Below are positions 29,892 to 39,254 of a stretch of DNA of 64,000 nucleotides, one piece after another (position 1 is the first letter of the stretch; the number at the start of each line of letters is the position of its first letter). The translations under genes and the position numbers were made by a program. This DNA is from a bacterium (GTDB taxonomy: Bacteria; Patescibacteriota; Microgenomatia; Curtissbacterales; GWA2-41-24), in NCBI GenBank assembly GCA_021813125.1, contig JAKALT010000001.1, forward strand, positions 23 through 64,022, in the 5' to 3' direction. Below the pieces are notes generated by a model. That model ran no database searches and had not been told where the DNA came from. It saw only the letters and a program-made list of their open reading frames with translations.

Positions 29892-31442
29892 CTATCTCTC
29901 TAAATCTTTTTGGGTTACGGTAAAAATCAGCCAGGTGTATCCAATAGTTCCTGACGGCTTTTTATATATTTGCCTTAGCCAATCGAAAGTACCTGCTTTC
30001 CAAAGGTTAAAATCATTGACACCAACAACAATTGTTCCTACTGTTGAACCAGTAACAATTGTTCCTCCCATTGGCCATTGGGGTTCAATTATGGCATTCG
30101 GATGACTCTTCCTATAACTTTCCAGATAAAAGTTATTTTGTCCCCAGTCTAGGCTTGAGTCTACAAAGTATTTGTAAGCGTTATTTGGACCGCCAAATGC
30201 CTCATTTGTGTATTCTAAAAAATGAGGAGAAATCAAAAGTGTTTTTACAAAATACCAGATTACTAATGAAATCATAAACATACGGTAAACGTTGCTCAAC
30301 GCTAAAGATCTAGGTCTATACGTTACAACCTTACTCACTAAAATAATTACAAATGGATAAATTGGTAAAAGATATCGAAGGCCAATAGCTATATGATTTA
30401 TAAAACTCATATACCAAACAAATATAATTATGAAGAACAAAAAAATTTTTTCGGTTTGTGATTTGATAACAAATTCTTTTTTTAGAAATAGAATAAAAGC
30501 AAAAACAATTAGAATCAACAAAGGAATAGGCGTTTTTATTACAAATGACATTGGTAAGACGTACCAGGGGGATCTCATATATTGCATTCCCCAGAACCAA
30601 CCCCACCATCCATTATTCGAAGTGACAAACTGTAGATCTAAGCCTAACAAAAATGGCTTTGGCATAGAATAAAGAAGTAATCTCAATGGCGTGTGTGATA
30701 ATCCTGACCATAACCAGCTTTCGAAATACTTAGGTATTTGCAAAGACCCCCTAAAGAGATAACCCAGATTTAAGATAAAAATAGCAATAGCGAAAACAAC
30801 CACAAGATTTATAAAGGACTTTAAAAATGGCGCGCTCTTAGTTGCTAAAAGCCAATAAATCACAAAAAACGGTAAAAGAATAAGCGTCGTATACTTTGTC
30901 AGTAGAGCAAACCCAAGACTTAAACCGCAAATTATAGTTAGCGGCAATGATTTTTTAGTAACAAAGCGAGAAAACAAAAAAACTGTAAGTAAAAATCCAA
31001 AAGAATTTAGAAAATCAGGTGTTAAAAATCGGCTGTGAGCTAATATTTCAGGATTAAACGAAAAAAGTATCAAGGAAAGAAAACCAGCTAAAAAGCCATA
31101 TGTCGATTTGGCAATAAGGAAAACAGTTAATGCAAAAAAAGGAAAAAGTAAAATAAAAGGAAATCTGGCCCAAAAAAGTTGAGAGCTAGCATCATTAACT
31201 GGTGCATAGTTAGAATATAAGTTCGCCAAATAATACATCATAGGAGGATGCAACCTTTCGTACACCTGATCCCAATCGAGATTTTTGGCAAGGTTTTTAG
31301 AGGCCGTTAGATATTTTATTTCGTCATAGTTTGGTGAAAGTTGTCCTATTCGATAGAGCTGAATTATTTGTGCTGTTACAATTACAAGTGCTACTAAAAG
31401 TATTTTTAAAATTAGATAATTTTTGTATTTTAATATTTTCAT
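29892..31442 (-). CDS. GT-C fold membrane glycosyltransferase (ArnT/PMT-like, GT39/GT83 family)
   Basis: 516 aa, about 11 TM. First periplasmic loop carries the SPNYDEIKY (DE) motif characteristic of GT-C enzymes. Confidence 0.7.
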   Translation of the reverse strand: MKILKYKNYLILKILLVALVIVTAQIIQLYRIGQLSPNYDEIKYLTASKNLAKNLDWDQVYERLHPPMMYYLANLYSNYAPVNDASSQLFWARFPFILLFPFFALTVFLIAKSTYGFLAGFLSLILFSFNPEILAHSRFLTPDFLNSFGFLLTVFLFSRFVTKKSLPLTIICGLSLGFALLTKYTTLILLPFFVIYWLLATKSAPFLKSFINLVVVFAIAIFILNLGYLFRGSLQIPKYFESWLWSGLSHTPLRLLLYSMPKPFLLGLDLQFVTSNNGWWGWFWGMQYMRSPWYVLPMSFVIKTPIPLLILIVFAFILFLKKEFVIKSQTEKIFLFFIIIFVWYMSFINHIAIGLRYLLPIYPFVIILVSKVVTYRPRSLALSNVYRMFMISLVIWYFVKTLLISPHFLEYTNEAFGGPNNAYKYFVDSSLDWGQNNFYLESYRKSHPNAIIEPQWPMGGTIVTGSTVGTIVVGVNDFNLWKAGTFDWLRQIYKKPSGTIGYTWLIFTVTQKDLER

Positions 31443-31478
31443 GCTTAACGGAGAACCAATCGAAAGACGACTTTTTAA

Positions 31479-32747
31479 CTACCTCCAAGTAGAAAGCCAA
31501 AGGTAGTTTTTGATCGAAGCGGGATCAATTGGCAGACCGGAAGTAATCGGATAAAAGTAAAAAAACGCCAATATGAAAAGACCAATGATGAAAAGTGAAA
31601 CAACCATAAGTTTTGTTTTATAAATTTGCCCAAGGCAGTAACCCATCCCAACTGCCAAAAAAGGAATCGACGGCAAATAATGATAAAAGAATAGAATTCT
31701 AGGGGTAAAAATCCAGGGAAACCAAAAAACAAAATACCCCGAAAGAACCAGCAGGTACTTATTCTCCCGCTCCTCTATGTACTTTCCTATAATGTATGAA
31801 ATACCGATTATCCCTATCCAAAGCACTAAAGGATTTCCGATAGCATAGATGAAACCGGCTTTTTGGCCATACTGTTCATACGAAAAATAAACACCTCGAG
31901 CATCAAGTATCCAAGGACAAAAAGTCCTAGGGCCATCAAGTCCTTGGGGGACACAAAAAATTGGGGTTGTTGCGTAAGAGTGTTTAAGATCACGTTTGTT
32001 TTGATACCACCATATTTGTTTATGCAAATCTATAAATTGCTGTATTGAGTGCCCCTGTATCCAAAACTGGCCATAGGATGCAAGATAAATAAATGCAGGA
32101 ATTAAAAAAATCAAAATTAACCGGGAATCAATTCTCTTCTCCTTAATATTTCCCAAAAGTAAAAATAAAAAAACAGCGCCTATGGCATAAAGACCGGTCC
32201 ACTTTGAGGCAACAGATAAGCCTAAAAAGATACTTGTAAAAAGCAAGTATTTAAGTTTAGGATTTTTAAAATAGATTGCTGTAAAAATAAAAGAACACAC
32301 AACGAAAAATGTCACAAAAACGTCATTCATTGTTATTCGGCTCATCACGAATGTTAAGTTTTCAAACGCGATTGTTGTAGCAGCAAACATGGCAGCTATT
32401 GGACCAAATAAAATATAAGCTAATAAAAATGTCGCTGGGATTATCGCAGTTCCAACAACTAAACTAGGAAACCTCCACGCAAAGGGAACATCACCAATAA
32501 TTTTTATCGATGCGGCCTGAATAAGTTTAGCCAAGGGGGGGTGAAGCCAGTCGTAAGCAGTTCCTGGCTTGGGAGCCGGTGAAAAAGGATCATAAGGTGC
32601 AGGATTATTTTTTGCAAATGCCTCTGCAGTAACAGCATGATAGACCTCATCAAAATAGTAGTGATTCGGCTCCGATATTCGATAAAGCCTAATGGCAAGG
32701 GAAAATATTGTCAGAAAGGCTATAAAAAATAACGAAATTTTTTTCAT
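31479..32747 (-). CDS. Dolichyl-phosphate-mannose protein mannosyltransferase-like (PMT, GT39) membrane glycosyltransferase
   Basis: 422 aa polytopic. N-terminal loop YFDEVYHA is the classic PMT-family DE motif. Confidence 0.8.
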   Translation of the reverse strand: MKKISLFFIAFLTIFSLAIRLYRISEPNHYYFDEVYHAVTAEAFAKNNPAPYDPFSPAPKPGTAYDWLHPPLAKLIQAASIKIIGDVPFAWRFPSLVVGTAIIPATFLLAYILFGPIAAMFAATTIAFENLTFVMSRITMNDVFVTFFVVCSFIFTAIYFKNPKLKYLLFTSIFLGLSVASKWTGLYAIGAVFLFLLLGNIKEKRIDSRLILIFLIPAFIYLASYGQFWIQGHSIQQFIDLHKQIWWYQNKRDLKHSYATTPIFCVPQGLDGPRTFCPWILDARGVYFSYEQYGQKAGFIYAIGNPLVLWIGIIGISYIIGKYIEERENKYLLVLSGYFVFWFPWIFTPRILFFYHYLPSIPFLAVGMGYCLGQIYKTKLMVVSLFIIGLFILAFFYFYPITSGLPIDPASIKNYLWLSTWR

Positions 32748-32775
32748 TTTAATCTAATTTTAAATGTTAAAATAT

Positions 32776-34530
32776 TCAAATTCCAAGCTTGTAAATTTTG
32801 TACTTGCTGTTCTGGTAAACAAGCATAAAATTGTCATCAAACGTTCCTCTGGCCGCATGCCAGTCTACCATTGCAGCAGGATCTATAACAGCATACTTGC
32901 CTTCATAGGAATCAGCAATAAATTTCCAGGAGACGGGATCAGAGTAAAATAACTTCAAATCCTGCTCGCGCTTACCGTAAGAAATACCTCTCGTCCAGAG
33001 CCAGCCCGGATAACCGACTAAAACTGGACGTCCTGCTAGTGAAGAAACAGGATTTAAATGGGTTGAACTTGTGATAATATTTTGACCTTCAGCAATATTA
33101 TTTTTTACAAAGTTCGAAGCAGCAATTGCATCGGTATCAAATATAATAGGAAGTTTATCAAAAGGAACTAAAAATCTTGGAATTTGGTCAATAAAGCCTG
33201 AGTATGTTGCCAGAGTCAAAAAGATAAAAAATAGAATGGACCCTAAAATTTTTCTATTTTTCAAAATCCAAACGAAAAAAGCGACAAAAACAGGAGCTGC
33301 AAAAAATTGAAAATAAACTAAAATCTTATTATTGTCATAATCCCAGGGTTGAAACCTTATAAGCTGTACAGCCAAAAACATTGCCGCACCACAAAACCAC
33401 CACCACGAGATATCGTTAAACTGCTGCTTGAAGCTTCGACGTCCAAAGGCAATAAGAATTCCCCCCATGACAAAGATAGGTAAAATTACACCAAAATTTA
33501 AGAGTAAAAAATTGAAAAAAGGCAGTATTGATCCACCGAAGAGACCGCTATGAGCATCAAATTTTATAGATCCAATTGTTGGCTCAACCATCCATCCGAA
33601 CCTAAATTTCAAAAATGAACCCTGTGTAATCGCAGATGTATTGCCTGCAACCAGATAAATAATCTGAGGGATCGACATTAAAAAAATTATTACAGCCAAC
33701 AGTGCTAGCCTTTTTATCAACTGTAAATTTTTCTGGATAATTGCAGCAGTTCCGGTTACCAAAAGTGTTAGGCCCATTGCTATAAATGTATGAAAATGGC
33801 CTAAAGGTGAAACTCCTACCAAAATTCCGAGCATTATTGTCCAAGCATTATTTTTTGGACTTTTCAACCACTTTTCGAGCACATAGACAAAAAGCGCAAA
33901 ATTAAATATTCCAAAAAAGAATGACCTTTGGTGGAGAAAAACTAAAGAAAGTGGCGCACCCCATGTAATATTTTGCTGAGGGAACACAGCATCATATTTA
34001 GTGATTGTAGAAGCTGTATTATTAACCAAATAATTGATAAAGCCCCCCAAACTATGATTAGCGTAGTTTGCAAGGTAATTTTGAATATGCCAGTTTGCCC
34101 CAAATCCGGCCCCGAAAAGAAAAACAACAACCGCAATAACAGCTGCCCAACTAGATTTTAGAAATTTTTTGTAAATAACAAAGGTAAAAACTGTTGCCAA
34201 AGTCATAAAAATCATTGCCGGCAGTTGCATTGCCATATACCACCTTTGCGAAAAATGCAGAAGAACTCCACTTATTAAATTAATTAAAAATGAATATCTC
34301 ATTCGTTCGCCGTTAAAAATTGGTTCGTTAAAATCAAATTTTTTCTCGAAAGCAAATTTAGAAACTTCTGTCATATGAAACGGAATGTCTCCATAACCTG
34401 CCGAAGCTGCACGCATATTTCCTCGTTCGTCGATTGAAAAAGTTTTAGAAATTAAAAAAAGATGAAACAATATTAATGAGAATAAAACTAAAATGGGGCC
34501 CCAGGAAATTTTTAAAATTGACCACTTCAT
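32776..34530 (-). CDS. Large polytopic membrane protein (584 aa), possible third GT-C-type glycosyltransferase
   Basis: More than 12 predicted TM segments. Early loop FSIDERGNM. Tandem with two GT-C genes on the same strand. Confidence 0.5.
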   Translation of the reverse strand: MKWSILKISWGPILVLFSLILFHLFLISKTFSIDERGNMRAASAGYGDIPFHMTEVSKFAFEKKFDFNEPIFNGERMRYSFLINLISGVLLHFSQRWYMAMQLPAMIFMTLATVFTFVIYKKFLKSSWAAVIAVVVFLFGAGFGANWHIQNYLANYANHSLGGFINYLVNNTASTITKYDAVFPQQNITWGAPLSLVFLHQRSFFFGIFNFALFVYVLEKWLKSPKNNAWTIMLGILVGVSPLGHFHTFIAMGLTLLVTGTAAIIQKNLQLIKRLALLAVIIFLMSIPQIIYLVAGNTSAITQGSFLKFRFGWMVEPTIGSIKFDAHSGLFGGSILPFFNFLLLNFGVILPIFVMGGILIAFGRRSFKQQFNDISWWWFCGAAMFLAVQLIRFQPWDYDNNKILVYFQFFAAPVFVAFFVWILKNRKILGSILFFIFLTLATYSGFIDQIPRFLVPFDKLPIIFDTDAIAASNFVKNNIAEGQNIITSSTHLNPVSSLAGRPVLVGYPGWLWTRGISYGKREQDLKLFYSDPVSWKFIADSYEGKYAVIDPAAMVDWHAARGTFDDNFMLVYQNSKYKIYKLGI

Positions 34531-34555
34531 ATAAATCTATTATAGTCAACGGCAA

Positions 34556-35515
34556 ATGCATAAAAAAACCAATGAAACATCACCGAAATTAATTGTAATC
34601 TATGGTCCTACCGTTACAGGTAAAACAAACTTGGCAATTAAACTTGCAAAAAGACACAATGGTGAAATCATTTCTGCAGATTCGCGCCAAATTTTTAAGA
34701 ATTTGGACATAGGAACCGGAAAAGTGGATTTCAACTCAAAAGTCGAAAAACATAACGGTTATTGGATCGTCAATGGTGTAAAAATTCACGGCTTCGATAT
34801 TAAAAAACCGGAAGAAAAATATTCAGCAGCAGAGTTTATCAAATTTGCAAAAAAAACACTTGAGCAGATAAGAAAATCAAAAAAATTACCAATTTTAGTA
34901 GGTGGCACAGGATTTTATATAAAATCGTTTCTCTATGGCCTTGAATCGGCAGGCATAAAAGAGAATAGCAAGCTTCGCAGTACTTTAAGTAAACTAACCG
35001 CTTTAGAGCTTTACCATAGATTAGCCAAACTAAATGCTCAAAAAGCACAATCATTAAATGAATCGGACAAAAAAAACCCTCGCAGACTAATAAGGGCACT
35101 AGAAATCGAAAAATCAAAGCCAAAATTATCCACACAAAAAATCGAAGAATTTGAGGGAAACGTTAAAGTCATTGGACTCACAGCGTCTAACGAATATCTT
35201 TATAAGAAGGCTAATAAATGGTTATGGGCGAGATTAGACAATGGATTAGTTAGCGAAGTAGAAAAACTGCTTCAAACCGTAAATTATCGTTGGCTCTTAT
35301 CTTTAGGTTTGGAATACAAATGGTTGACACTGTTTAAAAAAGGAAAAATAGAAAAGGAACAAGCAGTCAAAAGGCTACAAGGCGAAATACATGCATTTAT
35401 AAGAAGACAAAAAATGTGGTTTAGGCAATTTAAAAAAATCGAAATTCACAATATCTCCCAAAAAAGCGCAATAAAACTTATTGAAAAAAGTATTGATGAC
35501 TTTATAAAATTTTAA
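34556..35515 (+). CDS. miaA: tRNA dimethylallyltransferase
   Basis: P-loop GPTVTGKT, ...SADSRQIFKNLDIGTGK... 319 aa. Confidence 0.9.
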   Translation: MHKKTNETSPKLIVIYGPTVTGKTNLAIKLAKRHNGEIISADSRQIFKNLDIGTGKVDFNSKVEKHNGYWIVNGVKIHGFDIKKPEEKYSAAEFIKFAKKTLEQIRKSKKLPILVGGTGFYIKSFLYGLESAGIKENSKLRSTLSKLTALELYHRLAKLNAQKAQSLNESDKKNPRRLIRALEIEKSKPKLSTQKIEEFEGNVKVIGLTASNEYLYKKANKWLWARLDNGLVSEVEKLLQTVNYRWLLSLGLEYKWLTLFKKGKIEKEQAVKRLQGEIHAFIRRQKMWFRQFKKIEIHNISQKSAIKLIEKSIDDFIKF

Positions 35516-35558
35516 ATTTGATTGCGCTTTCATGACAGGCTGATATATACTCAAGAAA

Positions 35559-36584
35559 ATGAAAGAACCAAATCCAGTTAAGATTGAAATTTCCCACAAG
35601 ACAATATTCTTTACCGCATTTTTTATCATTGCCCTCTGGCTAATAGTGAAACTTAGCAGTATTATCGTGACGTTAAGCTTGTCTTTTTTGCTCCTCTCTG
35701 CCCTTTTAAAACCAGTTCAATGGCTTACTTCTAAAAATTTACCAAGAATTGTATCAGTATTTATTGTGTACATCACAATTATTTTATTAATAAGCGTAAT
35801 TATTGGTACGATCATTCCACCTCTAATTTCACAAACAACGGAATTTACCAACAAGTTACCTGAAATCCTATCAACAACCGATAATTATCTTGTTTTCCAT
35901 AAGATACCAGTCGAAAATTTATCATCTGTAATTGCAAAACAAGTTAATCAATTTAGTGGTGATATTGTTGCAGTGACTAGCAAAGTAGTATCAAGTGTAG
36001 TCTTAATACTAACAATGTTTGTTCTCACATTTTACCTTCTATTAGATTGGAATAATTTTTTAAAAGTGATATCTTCCCCATTCTCGGGTGTCCAAGAAAA
36101 AAGAATCACGAACATTATTTCAAATGTTGAAGATGGTTTGGGAAGATGGGTTAGGGGGCAATTAGTACTTTCTGCTGTGGTCGGTGTACTAAGTTATATC
36201 GGACTTCTTGTAATTGGCATTCCTTTTGCATTGCCATTGGCCTTAATCGCCGCAATATTTGAAATTCTTCCAATTGTTGGCCCGATAATTGCCGCTATTC
36301 CGGCGATTCTGGTCGGCCTGACGTTTTCCCCGTTTATGGGATTGGCCGCTACAGCTATTTTTGTTATTGTCCAGCAACTGGAAAATCACCTTGTTGTCCC
36401 CGTTGTTATGTCTAGGGTAGTGGGGGTGCGTCCCCCAATAATTATCGTCTCTCTTTTAATTGGGGCAAAAATTGCAGGCATTACTGGGGCTTTTTTTGCA
36501 GTCCCATTAATTGTTGTTATAAAAATTTTAATAAAAGAGCTTTTAACAGAGGAAAAAAGTTTTGAAGAAAGCTTATTGGAATAG
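35559..36584 (+). CDS. AI-2E family transporter (PerM/YdiK-like, UPF0118)
   Basis: 341 aa, 8 TM. Motif LGRWVRGQLVLSAVVGVLSYIGL...FEILPIVGPIIAAIP typical of PF01594. Confidence 0.8.
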   Translation: MKEPNPVKIEISHKTIFFTAFFIIALWLIVKLSSIIVTLSLSFLLLSALLKPVQWLTSKNLPRIVSVFIVYITIILLISVIIGTIIPPLISQTTEFTNKLPEILSTTDNYLVFHKIPVENLSSVIAKQVNQFSGDIVAVTSKVVSSVVLILTMFVLTFYLLLDWNNFLKVISSPFSGVQEKRITNIISNVEDGLGRWVRGQLVLSAVVGVLSYIGLLVIGIPFALPLALIAAIFEILPIVGPIIAAIPAILVGLTFSPFMGLAATAIFVIVQQLENHLVVPVVMSRVVGVRPPIIIVSLLIGAKIAGITGAFFAVPLIVVIKILIKELLTEEKSFEESLLE

Positions 36585-36946
36585 TGCTTCTGGGAAGGGA
36601 ATAAGCCAGATTCTGTTTTAACGATCATCTGTCTCAAAATGACGCTTTGCCATTTTACCCCGCTTTAGACGGGGTGCCCCTATTTTGAACCTTCCGGAAA
36701 CGTGGTCTAATGGTTCAGTTCTGGGTTGCAGCAGTCAGGATTGCCCGTTTCACACCTACTCGTCTCTGTTGCTCTCCCGAAAGGTTAATTCCTCTCAGGT
36801 CTTAAAAGCTGTGTGTAGGTAAAGCTTTTAAGAACTAGCGCTTACGCGTCGGAACTTACGTTCCGTGACTTGTTTCCTGCTGTCTGGACTTTCCTATACA
36901 CTCAGTTTTACGTGAATGCATCAATCGTCTTCTTCCCAGAAGCGAA
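36583..36946 (-). ncRNA. rnpB: RNase P RNA, bacterial type A
   Basis: On the minus strand: AGGAAAGTCCAGACAGC (P4 5' strand), GCAACAGAGA, GGTGTGAAACGGG, CAAAATAGGGG, and 3' ACAGAATCTGGCTTAT matching E. coli ACAGAACCCGGCUUAUC. P1 helix CTTCTGGGAAG/CTTCCCAGAAG closes the molecule at about 360 nt. Confidence 0.85.
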
Positions 36947-36984
36947 GCAAATTTTACCAAAAACTGGTGCAATTCTCAAGTTGA

Positions 36985-37212
36985 TTGACTATTCTTGAGA
37001 AAAGTGCCGATAATATATTGATGGCCAAAAAACCAAAAGCTTTATTTAAGAAAAATATTCTTTCAAGATCGCTTATTGGCTTAACACTCCTTTTTGTCCT
37101 AGTTGCCGCTTTTGAAGCAGTGACCCAAAACGACTTTACAACTCTCGCCCCCACCCAACTATTTGTTGTGGCAGGCGTATTTGGGATTCTCGGCCTTTAT
37201 ACAAAAGAATAA
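36985..37212 (+). CDS. Hypothetical small membrane protein (2 TM), weak call
   Basis: ORF only. Hydrophobic stretches. Confidence 0.25.
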   Translation: MTILEKSADNILMAKKPKALFKKNILSRSLIGLTLLFVLVAAFEAVTQNDFTTLAPTQLFVVAGVFGILGLYTKE

Positions 37213-37278
37213 AACTTCAAAGGACTTGGAATGTCCAGCTTTCTAAGGTAAACTTACACTACAAAGCTGCTCAATCGT

Positions 37279-37968
37279 ATGCCAAAAAAAATACCTATCG
37301 CTGTTTTAATTGGCGGAGGTTCAAAGTTACCAGCCCTAATTGAAGCAGCAAAGAAAAAGGCAAGTAACTTTGAAATAAAACTCGTAGTAAGCCACAAATC
37401 ATCTTCCCATGGTATAAGTTTAGCCTTAAAAAACAATATCCCCGCTGTATTTTTTAATCTACCGGATTACCGAAATAGATTATTTGGCGGCAATATTAAA
37501 GCCCGTTCCGATTATATGCAAAAACTTGGTTGGTTTATTAGCCAGAGGGCATATAGTCCCAAACTTTTGGTTTTCGCGGGATGGGACTTGGTGATGGATA
37601 AAAATTTTTTCGATTTTTTTAAATGTAATTTTGGAAACGGTTATTCAGCTATAAACCTGCACCCCGCAATTTTGCCCGAAGAAAATGAAAAAGAAATAAA
37701 GATGCCGGATGGGCTAACTACTCCTGTTATAAAGGGTGAACAAACAGAAGTATTGCAGCAGGTTCTTGACAATAAATTAACATATTTTGGTCCTACAGTA
37801 CATTTTATGGTAGCAAGCGGGTATGACACCGGCAAAATAATTGAAAGGGAATTTATTAAAGTTGGCTCTGCAAAAAGTATAAGTGATCTGCGCAAAAAGT
37901 TATTACCGGTTGAGGATAAAATTATAGTCTCTTCGATAAATACTGTGATCGAAAAATATTTATCATGA
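37279..37968 (+). CDS. purN: Phosphoribosylglycinamide formyltransferase (folate-dependent GAR transformylase) with an internal insertion
   Basis: IAVLIGGGSKLPALIEA, INLHPAILP (compare NIHPSLLP), GPTVHFMVASGYDTGKII (compare HGTSVHFVTDELDGGPVI). Confidence 0.8.
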   Translation: MPKKIPIAVLIGGGSKLPALIEAAKKKASNFEIKLVVSHKSSSHGISLALKNNIPAVFFNLPDYRNRLFGGNIKARSDYMQKLGWFISQRAYSPKLLVFAGWDLVMDKNFFDFFKCNFGNGYSAINLHPAILPEENEKEIKMPDGLTTPVIKGEQTEVLQQVLDNKLTYFGPTVHFMVASGYDTGKIIEREFIKVGSAKSISDLRKKLLPVEDKIIVSSINTVIEKYLS

Positions 37969-39254
37969 AAAAAAGTACCGTTTTAGTAATCGACGGTGGA
38001 GGCAGAGGGTCTGTCCTTACGGCAAAATACCTGGAAAGTAAACTTGTCGGTAAAGTTTTGGTTACACCCGGCAACGATTTAATGCTAATTAACAAAAACG
38101 TTGAGATATTCCCCAATATTAAAACCACAGACACCAAAAATATTCTTAATGTTTGCATAAAAAACAAAGTGGACCTAGTCGATGTTGCCCAAGATGATGC
38201 CGTTGCTGTAGGTATTACTGATATTCTCCTAAAAAACAAATTTAAAGTTTTTGGACCTACAAAAGCGGCTGGCCAGATAGAATGGGATAAGTCATGGTCT
38301 AAAAATTTTATGAATAAAAATAGAATTCCAACAGCTAAATTTAAAGTTTTTAAAACTCAAAAAGCAGGGATTTTATTTATTAAAAAACATAAAGATTCTA
38401 AATGGTATGTTAAAGCCTCCGGTCTTGCTGCGGGAAAGGGCGTGATATTTGCTGCAAACAACAAGGAAGCAATACACGCCATAAATCAAATGAAAAATTT
38501 TGGTAAATCAGGCGAAACTTTTGTTATTGAGGAATCACTGGAAGGTGAAGAATTTTCATCATTCGCTGCAGTCAATGGCAAAAAATTTATTATTTTAGGC
38601 CATGCTCAAGACCACAAAACTGTTTATGACGGAAATATCGGTCCAAATACAGGCGGTATGGGGTGCTCCTCACCTCCGCTTGCAATAACCCCATACATTG
38701 AAAAGCAAGTAAATGTTATTTTTAAGAAAACTACTGCTGGTTTGGTAAAACTTAAAAGACCTTACCTGGGCATATTATATTTAGGTGGCATAATTGATTC
38801 AAAAGGCAAAGTTAAAGTTATCGAATTCAATGCAAGATGGGGAGACCCGGAAGCTCAAGTAATTTTACCTTCAATAAAAAATGATTATTATAGCTTGGTT
38901 GCCGAAATATTAAACGGTAATAAGCCAAGGATAATTAAGGATAAAAAATATAGAATTGTTGTTGCGGCAACAGCAAAAGGGTATCCAGTAGATTACAGTA
39001 AAATCGTTGGCAAGGAAATTAAAGGTATGGATAAACTAGTAAAGTCCAAGGTGAAAATTTATGGTGCCGGAGTAAAACTTCAAGGAAATAAGTATTTAGT
39101 TTCGGGCGGAAGATTATTTTATGTGCTTAGTGAGGGTAAGAATGTTGCAGAAGCTCGTAAAATAGCCTATAATGCTCTATCTCTAGTCTCTATAGCCGGT
39201 GGAAATCTTCATTATCGCCGCGATATCGGTTACAGAGACCTTAAAAGAAATTAA
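37965..39254 (+). CDS. purD: Phosphoribosylamine-glycine ligase
   Basis: 429 aa ATP-grasp. N-terminal VLVIDGGGRGSVL, conserved PurD layout. Confidence 0.9.
   Translation: MKKSTVLVIDGGGRGSVLTAKYLESKLVGKVLVTPGNDLMLINKNVEIFPNIKTTDTKNILNVCIKNKVDLVDVAQDDAVAVGITDILLKNKFKVFGPTKAAGQIEWDKSWSKNFMNKNRIPTAKFKVFKTQKAGILFIKKHKDSKWYVKASGLAAGKGVIFAANNKEAIHAINQMKNFGKSGETFVIEESLEGEEFSSFAAVNGKKFIILGHAQDHKTVYDGNIGPNTGGMGCSSPPLAITPYIEKQVNVIFKKTTAGLVKLKRPYLGILYLGGIIDSKGKVKVIEFNARWGDPEAQVILPSIKNDYYSLVAEILNGNKPRIIKDKKYRIVVAATAKGYPVDYSKIVGKEIKGMDKLVKSKVKIYGAGVKLQGNKYLVSGGRLFYVLSEGKNVAEARKIAYNALSLVSIAGGNLHYRRDIGYRDLKRN

Noticed and set aside
36386-37154. Short minus-strand ORFs (83 aa and 66 aa) in the track
   Set aside because: They are explained by the RNase P RNA gene.
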